A model generated the notes under the pieces. It saw only the letters and a program-made list of their open reading frames with translations. It was not told where the DNA came from and made no database searches. A DNA stretch of 64,000 bases, from contig OZ210884.1 in assembly GCA_964658305.1 (NCBI GenBank), forward strand, positions 3,968,001-4,032,000, in the 5' to 3' direction. This document shows, piece by piece, positions 11,901 through 24,800 of the stretch. This DNA is from Leptogorgia sarmentosa (Eukaryota). A program made the translations under genes and the position numbers. The first letter of the stretch is position 1. Each line of letters starts with the position of its first letter.

Positions 11901-13718
11901 AGGATAATAATTATTATATATTGCTGGTGATCGTTAGGTTTATCATAAGTTTCTGATTGTGATAGTAACTATAGTATTTAAGACTGTTAATGGCGGCAAG
12001 CAGATACTGAGGCGCAATACAAGGGTGACACAGTGTTTGTAATTCTACTATAATGAAACATGTCGGTTGGTGCAAGCTATATCAGCAGCTATAGCAGGTC
12101 AGAACGAAAATTAAGCACAGTTAACAAACACTTATTTTACTATATTTTGGATGTCAAGCTTTTTTATTGAGAACATGTGTATAAAAAGAAGCATGCACAG
12201 GGTGACAGCGGAATTAATGAAAATTTAATGCTGGAGTGACATCTCGAGTTCTTTCAAACAGGGATGTTTTGACGAGAGAAGAGGATTATTTAGAGAATCT
12301 CAATCTGTACAGCATATATCGCATACTATAGACAAATGCAAAACGTCTTGCTCAGGATTACGTAAAGACGATGGGAGGTCCTATAACTTGAGGGGTACAT
12401 TCCTCCAAGACACAAATCCTCCAAGACATACTGCAGACGTGGAGTTATAAATTACAATTTGTATGCATAGTTAATTATTTAGTCCTCTCTCGGTCATTTC
12501 GATCTTTCTTTCGCTGTACTGAAATATTGAAGGGCTCGTTAGATTTGATTGGCTCACTACCATGGCGTTCATTAAGGCAAGAAATGGAGAAAACGTCGTG
12601 GGAATACTAATTGTTTTTATAGATACATAGGAATTTGCCCAGTTCATAGCTGTAGAACGTTTCAATATAAAAGCTTTGTTTTTAACATCATATGCTTTTG
12701 AGCTCCGCTTTCTCATTTTATTCTTCGCCTGGTTTGATCAAGAATGCCGAAACATGCATGCTCGCATGCGGTCTCCATTACATTTCCTGATGTATTGACG
12801 TTATTGACACATCTTGTGTGCAATTATGCTGAAGGAAGTTAATAGCTACCAGCATATTTCGTAGGCTAAAATTAAGAATAAAATGGCGGCCCGGTTGACG
12901 ATAATCGATAAATAGAAGGTACAAGGGTTTGAGAAATCTCTATTTTAGAAATGTCCTTGATCCGTTGCACAATTCACGTGTATAGCTTATGCAAGTGTAA
13001 GTTTTTTCGTAACGAAATTTGCATAAAATGAATTTTACCTGGTTTATAATAATGGCAAGTGACAGCTGTATTAGTGTGAATTTAATGCAAGTATGTAGCA
13101 TGCATATTAACATCAGGTAAAGTCTTTGTGCATGGCATCGCTTTATTTACGAAGAAGATAAAAGAGTATAAGTTCTTGGCTTGTTTAATCGATTGCAGGA
13201 AACTGTTTGAGAAAAAAATTGAGAAACAATACATTAGTCAGGCAAGCATGCTTCTGGTTCAAAATTGCTAAATTTGATACAGATATAAAATCAGGTGTCG
13301 TCATTCCTTATTTGCAGGCAAAAAATCAGCATATGGTAAGTCTAACGTTCTTTCAAACTTTACAGTTACAGAATACATGCTAGCGGATATAACTGAATGA
13401 AGTATTTTTATGTCTTCTGAAGACATAAAAATTCTTGCTCTGGGTAATTGTATATAATAGGTCCAAATGGTGGGAAGCTTTGTTACTTGATGTTTAAATT
13501 CCAATCTTCAATTGACACCAATCATCCAAGAGCCACTGCAGTTGATTCAAAACTTTACATTCAGCAATTTCAGCTCATGGTCACCTAGTCCTGACGTATT
13601 CAGCTTTTTTGATTCTTTCAACTATACAATATTGAATTAAATTATTGTTATATATATAGCGCCCACTGCACGAGAAAGGTGCCAAGGGAGAAGCATTAGT
13701 CCAGCTCATATAGCTATA

Positions 13719-13940
13719 CCCTTACGAAAATGTTCTATAGAATCCTATATGTTATTGAATATTCTGTTCATATACCCTATAGAATATTCTTTTGCTATAT
13801 TCCATAGGATTTGAGATCGTATAGAATATGTCATTGGACATTCATATGAAATATCCTATTACATGTTCTATACAATATGTTTGATAACATGGTATGGGAT
13901 ATTCTATCGAATATCTCATAGATATACTAGAACGCTCCAA
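13719..13940 (+). mobile_element. Possible CMC/EnSpm-like transposon end with subterminal CTATAGAAT-type repeats
   Basis: Starts TA|CCCTTACGAAAA, identical to the start at 31794, and is followed by repeated TTCTATAGAAT/CCTATA motifs. Partner end not found. Confidence 0.35.
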
Positions 13941-14475
13941 TACTTTTCTAACAAAAGAAATTGTATCTTCAACACTGTGTTTTTGAGTTGCACAATTTCA
14001 CTGCCCTAATGATGGAATTTGTCGTTTCGATTACACTTCTGCAATTGAAGTTATCGAGCACTCGATGAAGATGATGGGTGTACGTCCAATGAAAACACAT
14101 TTAGTTTGACAATTTGCTGAAGGAAGTAAATACCATGCAAGCACACAGGATGCTAAAATACCTTTGTTAGAAGGCTCGCCATTTAGATCTGCTCTGAATT
14201 TGGACAGGTGAACACAACAGGTATTGGTGTGGTGAAGGAGTGTAAACACAACAGTGTAGTGGCTTTTTTCCTGTAATCATGCTGATGTATATGTTAACGT
14301 CTGTATTTATTGTTTCCAGCGGAGCTATTGTAAGTGCCCGTTTCTGTAACAACGTCAATTTGCAGGAAGTTTGAATCAGTCCATACTCGGTTTAATTTCA
14401 TTGCCATTTGCTACAGCGTTTAGTTTGTACTTGCCATCTGTACTCCTGAACTTGCATTGTTTTCGTCTTTTTTAG

Positions 14476-14903
14476 AATTCTAAGTCATTATCTAATGGGC
14501 AATGCTTGGAAAATCAGTACGGGACATACAGGGTGACCCTTCAGTTCTGTGACGGCATGAACTGGCGTATGTTCAACACTGGTGATAGGGGAATCGCAAA
14601 CATCATCAACACTCCACAAGGTACTACTATTACCATTGAATCATCTATGATATGATTTTTCTCCCTTTCATTACACCACAATACAAATATCAACTGCTGA
14701 TATGTGACACATCATTCTACAAAGGCCTTCATGTCTCTGGGTTTACCAAAAATTGCTACAAACAATGTGGCCATTGGTGTGGTGACTCAACATCTCCATA
14801 CTTTCGTACAGCTGCATTCTCTACGACCTTAAAAGGTGTTGCTTTCAACGAGAATGGCCACAAACCAAGACCAAATCGCCTCATCAGTGCTGCAATTCGT
14901 TAA
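14476..14903 (+). pseudogene. Internally deleted paralogue of the fibrinogen-like gene (exon-2 equivalent 14476-14620; 3' half of exon 4 14672-14903)
   Basis: An AG/GT-bounded phase-1 exon encodes CLENQYGTYRVTLQFCDGMNWR (vs CLANQYGTYRVALQFCDGQHWR). About 50 bp later, TPQYKYQLLICDTSFYKGLHVSG...ISAAIR* begins with no AG acceptor. Exon 3 and half of exon 4 are missing, and exon 1 was not found. Confidence 0.85.
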
Positions 14904-16507
14904 CACATTATCTCCTATAACTGTTCATCAAAAAATAAGTTTTCCTTGTTTTGAACGAGGTAACAGGTTCATGCAGAGTAGGTACCATAGGTACAGCACC
15001 TCAACTAGTAACTGAATAGGTTATTATAATTTTCTATTATTGGTGTTAGATGGTTATAGCAATTTTGTGATCGATATCATGGTAGTATTTTTATGTCGGG
15101 TATTGATTGTACTTTCTTTACATACAAAAATATTTAAGCAACAGGAATTTTCGCAATTTCTCTTCATGGTTTTCTATTTTCTATATCTCAACAATTATTC
15201 AGTCCATTGTTGTCGTTTCTTTTTAATAAAGAGTCGTTTATCTGACGTTTTGTTTTCTAAGTCCAGTAGTCCACACTTATATATAATCACTGAATTCTTC
15301 GTATATGCGGTCGACACTCAGATATATATTCGACATATGTATGACAACACACGCTCCGCAGTGAGTTTTCTGGCGTGGAGGGAACCCTAAGCAGATCGAC
15401 TGATACAAAACTAAACGTTTTTTTACATATCTTGTTCAAGGGCGCGTTATAGGTTCTGGCAGAATGGGAGGGGGAGATGTGCGGCGCAATCTTTTCCACA
15501 AGTTCTCGAGTTGAGTGGATAATGAATATATTGACCCCCACCCCTCTGACTTTTTCCCATTTCCTGTTATCCTTTTCTGAGCGGAAGTTGGGCGTGAAAG
15601 TAAGAAATCCAAAATCTAAATCTTCTTAAAGATTTGTGAATTTACCCGTTTTACCTCTTCTGATTAGATTTTCTGTCTATCGCCTTACAGTAATAGACAA
15701 ATCAGATTGCACGAAACAGAATCGAGTAATCCTGGTATCTTTGCTACCTCCATAGGTATACGGTTTTAGAACGATGCTGATTGGCTCTCAGTGGGAGCTC
15801 CAACAGGATATATACGATTTTTTCGCGGCAATTTATTCAAAATGGCGTCAAACAACCTCAATGTAGATCTAATTTCTGACGAAGAATTACCATAGAGAAG
15901 ACAAGATCTACTTAACAAAAACGCAATAAAAAGTGAAAGCGATGGAATCGTATATTTGAAGGATCGACAGATCGGAAACTACGAAGAATAGGTTACTTTC
16001 AGGGATACGTATATGGGTGTATGACTTGTTGGTGAAGTTTAGATTTGCTTATAGTTTTGGTTATAGACAAAATGCTGGTTCCGAATGTCCGTCGTGGTAT
16101 ACGAGATTTACCCCTCTCAGCCTGGAACCAGAAATCGTATCCACCTCAGCTCTTCGCGGTTCAGGGGTTACGAATTCTGGTTACAGGCTTCGAGGTGTAA
16201 ATCTCGTATACCCCTCAGTCCTTCGGAATGAGTGTTATTGTTATTTCCGGCGGATTACGTTCACTGTACGCAGACCTCTTTGACATTCATTTCCGCAGCT
16301 CTGTGTTCCGTTGTCCGCTTATGCTAATTAGCGTGTATACCATAATAACATAAAGTATTGACTTTCAACTATCTAATCGCGGGCTCGTGTGGAAAGTTTA
16401 CGTGGCTGAACGTGGCTGAATAACTGCAAGAAATGGCACATTTATAGAAGAAATACTGGCTTGATTTTCTGAATATGCCTCCATAGTCCTATTAAAATAC
16501 TTCAAAA

Positions 16508-19066
16508 ATGTTACCAATAACAGATTATCAAAGTAAGTCTGGAATTGATTGTATTCGATCTTAATGTTATGAACGATCATGTGTGAAAATGTGATTTTTA
16601 CTAATTTGCATATTTGTATGCCATGAAATTGTGTTCATTTTGAATAGTATAGGTATTATGTATAGATAGGTATAGATTAGAGAACAGTCAGTTATATTCG
16701 AGTGTTTTATCAAGATGTCTTTTCTTCTCTTTCTGATCTGTTGTAAATTATTACAACATATTATTATTTGATCAAAAACCAGCTAAAATTCTTCACCAGC
16801 TAACATTAACCAGCTAACCTTAACCAGCTAACCAGACAAATAGATTTGACGTTCTTAACAGCGGCCTTTGTCTGAAATGGAAAGTTTTCAAGCAAGCCAG
16901 GCTTTTCACTGGAGCCATTGGCATTGCTCGAAACGTCAAATTTCTTTGGTTGCGAGTAGAACTTTAGCTGCTTGTTGATGTTGTTATCCGCTACCTAAGC
17001 TTGCCACATATCGATTAGTTTATACTCTAGTGATGTTGTGCGATATTCAATAGGATTTAACCGCTTTTGTAAACTTGATCAGAGTTTACAGATCTGGTAT
17101 CATTCCAATAATTTTGTAGAAATTGGCATTGGTGTGACAGGATTTGGGGTGTTTTTCTTGTTCTTTGGTGTGATATTCTTTTTCGACAAAGGATTACTTG
17201 CCATAGGAAATGTGAGTGTATTTGAAATTTGTATTTTGCTGTATATTCAAATAATTAGAACACATATGAGAATATTTTTCCATTCTGTTAAATTAGATTT
17301 TGCAAACATGAAGTATTGAACAATGTAGCATGTCATTTTGTTGACTTCTTTTTTCCAAAATGTGAAAATTAGGAGTATTTATTTGATTGACAAATGTATT
17401 TGATTCACTTCTAAATTGATCACAAGCCCAAATTTAGCATGCTGCACAATAACAGAATACTATATGTGCTTTGAAAACATTTGTAATTGTCTGAAAGACT
17501 ATAAACCAAACAGTCACTGAAGAATTAGCTTACTATTTGACAGGTATCCAACAGTATTAAAAAACACAATACCCCTACTGTGTACAGTACTGTTTTTAAA
17601 CCATGCATATGACCCATTGGACATAGAATAAAATGAGTTTATAAATCAGTAAATAAAGTTTTATGCTCACAAAGTTTGTGTACTCAAAAGGCTATACTGT
17701 GCCAGAATAAGTATTCTTACATTGAAAGAGTATTGCAGGCTCAATTTCTGTATTATTATAATGGTGGTCACCTTGTTGTGGTCACCTGTATTATTACTAT
17801 AATGATTTTCAAGCAATCTAGCATTAGTAATCGTTTCCGTATCATCCATAACATGCACGTACTACATAGAGAGTTGGTTATCCACTCGCTTTAGCCCTGC
17901 TAAAAATATCATGTAAGTGCAAAATGGAAACATGAAAAGAAAATGCATAGACTGGTGTACAATTAGTGGTTTTGTATCGATCTTGTACGCACGCACTCGC
18001 CGCTCCACTAATCCTCCACAAAATTCGCAGTTCTTGCATATTGACAATGTATGTCCATCTACTTCTTAGATTCTCTTCATATCTGGTTTAACATTAGTCA
18101 TTGGTCTTGAGAGGACGTTTAGATTTTTCTTTCAAAAACATAAATTAAAAGGAAGTGCGTTTTTCATCGGTGGAATATTTGTAGTTTTAATTGGTTGGCC
18201 AATGGTCGGTATGTTACTGGAGACGTACGGTTTTGTTCTCCTTTTTGGGTAAGTTAACTGAAGATGTATTTTTTCCATTGCAAACGCACACTGTTTTATT
18301 ATGTTTTGGGTTTTGTTGTTCTTACCTATTTGGAAAAATTCTTTATACTGAAAATTTACCTGTTCAGTACTTAACCTTTGGCATTGTCCTCTAATACTCA
18401 ACGCTTCCAGCACCTTTTGATGCGACTCCAAGCGGTTTATCCCATTCTCCTGAGAAGAAAAAACGTAACAGGACAAAAAACAATTTCAGGAGTCGTTTTT
18501 ATGTCACCCTGTTTTTTATAATGACTGTAATAAGACAGCAGTTTGGGGTAAATGTTTTTTTCATGAAAATGCTATAGCTATATGAACAACCGTATTATAA
18601 CTGTGACTGTTCGTATTTGAAACGGTGTGAGCAACTCTACCTGTACCCATAAAATGTCTTCGTTGCTTTTCAGAGGGTTTCTTCCTGTGGTAGTCAATTT
18701 TCTTAGAAGAGTTCCTGTGGTTGGAAATATCCTTAATATGCCAGGAATTAGCTCAGTAAGTAAAGTTATTTGTAATTTCCAATTGACCAGCAGGAAATGA
18801 GAACATTTGATTTTCATTTCTAATACAACACGGACATTGAAATATGTATTCCTTCAATATGAATCAAATCAGAAAACCTGTTGGTTACATCAGCTACACA
18901 AACTGCTTCACTTTAATGATATTTTTCCGTTTTCTTAATGAACCAGGAATAAGTTTTTTTTTTCAAAAAGAAGAGAACTTCAATGTAGCTCCTGCGAAGA
19001 CACTGTACTTGAACTTTTTAGGTTGTTAACAGAATTGCTGGCGATCCTTCGAACTCTATGGTCTGA
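16508..19066 (+). CDS. GOLT1B: Vesicle transport protein GOT1 (Got1/Sft2 family), 140 aa; exons 16508-16532, 17120-17211, 18070-18248, 18674-18755, 19022-19066
   Basis: Spliced product [140 protein letters not shown] closely matches the GOT1B sequence as I recall it. All junctions are GT-AG and the total is 423 nt. Confidence 0.95.
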
Positions 19067-20392
19067 TCTTCAGTCTGGGATTGTAGCATCTGAAACAAGT
19101 CTACACTACAACTTTCTGCGCGGCATCACTTGACAAACAGTTGCTGATGGAGAACATTATGCGATGGATGTTTCTTTTTTCGGGACCATTTATAGTTCAC
19201 GACCAATGAACGAGAAAAAACGGAACGTTATTATGTATGTGTTCAATAATTTCCTCATATATGTTTTTGTTACGACAGAAAACCAATTTGCAATGTATTC
19301 TCCATATTTACGTAGCAGAGCGTGTTATTTGTCCTAGCCAAATCATTGAATGGATAATTGCGTGGTAAAGTCAATACACAAACGAAATAACAGGCGCTGT
19401 TCAGCTTGTCTCTACGATCAAATGTTTTAAAGCAGATAGTTACCAAATTATATGCCAATGCATGCAGTCCTAGATGAATATTTCTGATATTTCACCGGCA
19501 TGGTTATAATATTTTAAGATTGTAGACCCAATTAACAGAGGGGAAAAAATTCGGCTGCATGGCTACATCGTGATAGCATGCATGGTCAAGGGGAAAAACC
19601 TCTCTTTTATCAAGGCTACTGGAAATTATTGTTAACAGGCGAATAGTTTGTTTTTCAAGTTTGAAATCAAGGCTACGTCGTCCTTTACCGCCGCTACCAA
19701 ATGGATATCATATATTTGTATTGCTTCTAATATGCCAACAGAAGTTATAAAATTTATGAAATCTATATGTTCTGTCGTACCAAAAAGTATGTATGTGGGA
19801 AATTGTGGAATTGTTCAACAAATTTTGTTAAAATAACACCATAACGTTATAAATATAGCATTATGATTTGATTACATGTTACAGTAAAGTTTCTTCGGGT
19901 AAACTTTCTTTTTTAATTTATATTACTTATTTAATCACGAGTTTTGTGACACCATATAGAATTTCGGGGCCACAATTTGCTGTCAGCGGCGATTTTGTCT
20001 TGGTATATATTTGTTTTCATAATGGCTCTTGCATGTAACAAGTATGAAACTTCCGAAGTGAAGTGAACGATGCTGAAAACGTTCCTAGATCCGTGAAAGA
20101 TATTCAATGATGTATTTTTTTCGGGTTTTTTTCGCAAGATCTATAATTAATGCACGGAGGAAACGTTTCAACAATGTAGCTTGTTACCGCTAGGAATGCC
20201 CTTTTAATGTTCTGCTCCCTTTTCCTTCTGACTGTTATACGGCGTCACGTATAAACCGCAGTGACTTACCCACGGGCATTCTTTGCTATTATGCATATTT
20301 AATGAGGTTGTAGGTTTTGTATTGGGATTAGATTGGTCAACCCCGTCAAAAAACGGCAAAAGCCTGATCTTAGAAGAAAGACAAGATTTAAC

Positions 20393-20410
20393 TTTATTTG
20401 GATATTTATT
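20393..20410 (-). terminator. Two polyadenylation signals (AATAAA) of the polydom-like gene
   Basis: TTTATT at 20393-20398 and 20405-20410, ~100 bp past the stop codon at 20510. Confidence 0.5.
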
Positions 20411-20509
20411 GTGATTTCAAATCTACTAACATAAGCACTATACCCAATACATGTCCACACACAATGTCATTTTACTACATATTGCTTCTTACGTCTATAA
20501 AGGAAACAC

Positions 20510-21828
20510 TTAGTACATATATTTCTCGTATAATGCCCTAAATCCATAGTAACTTTGATCATTTTGAGCGCTTGATGTAAATCTTACATACATATACTCG
20601 TTTGTAACAAAAAAGCCATGGGGAAGTAGAACACCACTCAAATTCACGAGTCGTCCATCAGTACTCTTCGCTCCACGGAAGATTTCCACTCGATCATAAC
20701 TTTGTTGTGTATTGAAGTCGCTAAATGTCAATTGAACTCGCTCTCTGGGCAAGTGGATAAGCCAGATGCACTCCAGGTTGCTCGGGTACTGACCCTTGAA
20801 GGCAGGACTCATTATAGAACCCGTTGGTGCTGTGAGCATTCCGCCACAATCTAAAAAATCACAACATTCAATATCAGGGCGTCGTATCAATAGTGTTCTA
20901 TTGCCAATACTGCAATTTGATTGATTGCTCATTACACCGGATTGTGTGGGGCCAAGTGCCTTACTAGATTCCTCTTTTTCCATTTGCCAGGCGTCTTAGG
21001 CTCCGTTTACACTATATATATAACGCTACGGCTAGCGATCCGTTGAAAATTCGCTACGTTCCTTTTATGCTTATACACTACAACGGAGTAGTTTACTCTA
21101 GCGTAGCACTACGCTTGGCACTCCGGCTGCAAATCACTACGCTACGGTAAATTTGCGTTAGCTGAACGGGATAAGGGCGCAACAATGGACTGAAATCCCA
21201 TCCATCTCTTTGGTTCTCTCTTACCGTAACATGCTCGGTATTTATGCACGTAATAGCCAAGTCATGCCATGCTTGTGGTACATTTTTCGTTTATTAGCCC
21301 GTACATTTGTACGCACGCGCATAATGTCTAGCATCAAATATAGGTGACTGTATTTGCCAGGTTCCACGATATTTTGCAATCAAACTTCGTAACTTTACTA
21401 ATTTATGATGCGCTTTCCAGCCGAGATTGAGGACGTTGTTGATTGTCTAGCTAAAAGACAAGGGAAAGATCCATTCTTAGCGAGTAAAAACTTACCGACT
21501 TGTGAATACGTCAAATGGAATCCTTTACTCCTTGTAACTCCGTTCGATACGAATCTTATCCTCAAACTGTTGCCAGTCGAGATAACAGGCCGTGGTAGAA
21601 ATCCAACACCCGAAAACGTCAAGATGGGCTCAGTACTATCAGTATCGAAGACATAAACAAAGTCTTTCCAGGACTCAGTCTTGAAATCAGAGAAATCGAT
21701 ACGAACTTTCTTGCCAGCGGGAACGGTGATTTTCCAAGTACAATAAACATTATTCTCATACGGTGATGGGTAATTGGGAGACTCGACCTCACCTGAAGGG
21801 CCGTGCATAAATGATCCACATGACGTAG
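20510..21828 (-). CDS. Polydom-like terminal exons: two CUB domains
   Basis: [29 protein letters not shown] and [32 protein letters not shown]. Confidence 0.93.
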
Positions 21829-24800
21829 CTAAATGAAGATAGAATAGACCTTTGAAGTGCTTACGTACGTCACGTCAGTGTCAAAACAATGAATCGCAAT
21901 GCAACAGTTCTCATATTTGTAGTTTATAGGATATGTTTGTGTTGTAATCAATCGTTGATAATTGTAATCACTGTTCTCCCGTTAATACCAGCAGCATTGC
22001 TGATGGGATTTTAACAGTTTAAATAAAGTATTATTATTATTATTATTATTAGTGTGCGATTAAAGTTAACTGTATTTACATGCATTGAAAAAACGTGTGA
22101 GATAAGCACTTCCAAGGTCATTAAGGCCTCAGTTTTGAATTAAGAATCCCGGCCGAAATACTAACCGAAATCGAGGTCTGTAGACTGTACAGTAATAATT
22201 ATCTGACCTCTTATGGGCCATTTTTGTACAGACGGAGCCTTTCGCTCAGGTCAGAAATTTACGGGGATTACATTGGCTAAACTAAACCCCTCCACAATGC
22301 TTGTCTTTGCAGGGCAAAAAGAGAGTTCGCAGGGCAAAATGAAATACTGCATGAGTTATTTTCTTTTTACTCTAATGTTGTTGTGACCCAGGAAGTTCAC
22401 AAAACGAAACGACTAGCATTGTGTGAAAATGAAATAACCACAGATGCCATTCAAAGAGTTCTACCGAACTTTTAGTCAAATATAGCGATAACGTCAGAGC
22501 AATCTTTCTTAATTTTAATAATAAATAGATGCTGCATGTAAACCCTTGTACCCCATTGAAAAGGTTTAAGTTTCGTCCCTGATTTAACTCTACAGACAAA
22601 ACAAATGAGGTTGATACACTATTTAGTATAATATGGCATTAACCATTATAATTTCATGCACAATGCTCAATGCCGCATATGGCATTCATATACATCCTCG
22701 AAAGATTAATTCATTGCATGTCGGAAAGTGAAACTCCATTTCTCTAGCGTTCTTTCTCGGCTGAATATGCTTTTGTTCACCTTAATAATTTTGCTGCTTT
22801 GTTCTTTGTAGGTGTTGTTAAATTGTGAAAAAGTTTCAGTGAGGTATAGTTGCATTCATGCTGAGTATTTTTTCCCTTAGAATATTCAAGTTCATTGGTC
22901 TATTTATCTAAAGTCTTTGTGCCATTGCTGCATTGTCTTTCGTTTTTGCTTAATTAACTTCGTCAAAAGTATACAAATTGAAACGACTTTCGTTGGTGGC
23001 AATTTTAGACTTTCGGATAGCTGAATGTGCTTCTCAGGCGAAACACAATAAAAAATCCAAATAAATCTGTAAAACAATGACCAATTCAGTATACAGCAAG
23101 ACTTGCACGAGTTTAAAATGACATTTTAGGGTCCGGTGATTATTTATGGCAGGGGTAGGGGCTGAAGAGAAAATGGTGGGGTAGCTAAATAACTAGGCAC
23201 GTCTGGGTAGGGTAAAATAAGATATAAGAAGGTACCACTCGCTATACGGACGCCTTGGACAACAGTGGAACTTGTTCCAGCTTGTATGATTACCCCAGTT
23301 ATTTATCAAGTTGTTCGCCTTGTTTTAAAAAGTGGGGTAAACATTTTTTTTGTAAAAAGGAAGTGGGGTAGAAAAAGTTTTGCCTTTAATTAAAACATTA
23401 ATTTCTTTTCAGCCCCCACCCCTCCCATAGATAATGACCGCTCCCTTATCCTCAGTCAGTAGTAATATATAGTTTCTTCAAGTTATTAATAAATAATAAT
23501 TTCTAAATTTTAATAGGTGTTTTTGTCGTTCTGACAACGCCAGGCGTAAACTTACTGGTTACTTACCGACACATGTAGGCGGACTGCCACTCCACAAACC
23601 ATTCTCCTGACATTCCCTAATTTGATTTCCAACCAATTTGTACCCAGGATCACAATCAAAGGCCAACACTTTTTTATAAGTAAATTCCGATCCAACTCTG
23701 AAACCGTTAGCTGGTGCAGCTACTTCACCACAGCTCGTCACTACAATAAATATCAATCGACGTAGGTCAGCACAGGGTCAGCGAAATTTCAAAATTCGAC
23801 GAAACTTTGCAAATATTGTAGTTATCTGGCTATAGGCCTGCTAGTATAATTCCATCGCGACTGTACCTTAGCTGGAAAGAAAGAACGTTCTGATATTTGC
23901 AGGAAATGGTATTTTGTTCAACATGAGAAAAAGTGAAAATATACCTGTAACATGCTAACCCTCCCCCACCCCCCTGTTTCACTTTGTGTATTTCTGTATG
24001 TTCGTCTTTTCTATGACGTCAGAGAAGAAGACTCCTTTTGACGAAGAAACGATTTGTCCTGATCATGTAGAGGGCAAAATTGCGAAAACCTGATTGCCTA
24101 ATGTGCAAGGCATTTTTTCTTAATTCAGTGGACAAAATTACTTCGCCCTGATTGGCTAAATTTTCAGGAAGTTTTTGTGTTCATTCATGTGAATCCGTCA
24201 AATTGGATTAGTTTCAGGCAATTTGGTAAATATTAATATTAAAGCAAATTTATTCGATTAGGCTGTCTTTGTATATATCGTTTATTATATTTCCCAACGT
24301 TTTTAAGTGACATTGTTAAATATACTGACTGTTTATCTGTTAATTTTATAAATGAACATGAGTACATGACGCTGGCTCCAATTGTCGAATTTAAAACCTG
24401 AATCCGACATTCAATTCAAAGCGATTCAGGTTTGAATAAATCTTATATTCAGTATGATTAAAAAGTTAATCACGATTATAATTATGTACCTATGCAAAAT
24501 TATGAACAAGCGCCGGGCAAATTCTCAACCAGTCGCTCTCTCTACTACCATTCGCACTCTCCCATTGCTAACCAAAGACGTACTTACATTGACAAGAAGG
24601 TAGAGATCCAGTCCAGGTGGCTGTACTCTGTTCACATGTTCTCACTCGATCGCCAACCCGTATATAGCCTTGCTGACAAGAATAGGAGACTTGTTTACCG
24701 TAGGTATGAGCATCACCATGTTTGAATCCATTGTATGGAACACCAGGATTTCCACAAGATCGCGCTAAAATTTGATATGAAATAAATGTTAAAAGTTAAA

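Noticed and set aside
12471..14358. Short minus-strand ORFs as a possible decayed transposon gene
   Set aside because: No transposase or RT motif could be identified by eye.
15040..15390. 116-aa hydrophobic ORF as a membrane protein
   Set aside because: T-rich low-complexity intergenic sequence with a TTG start and no family motif.
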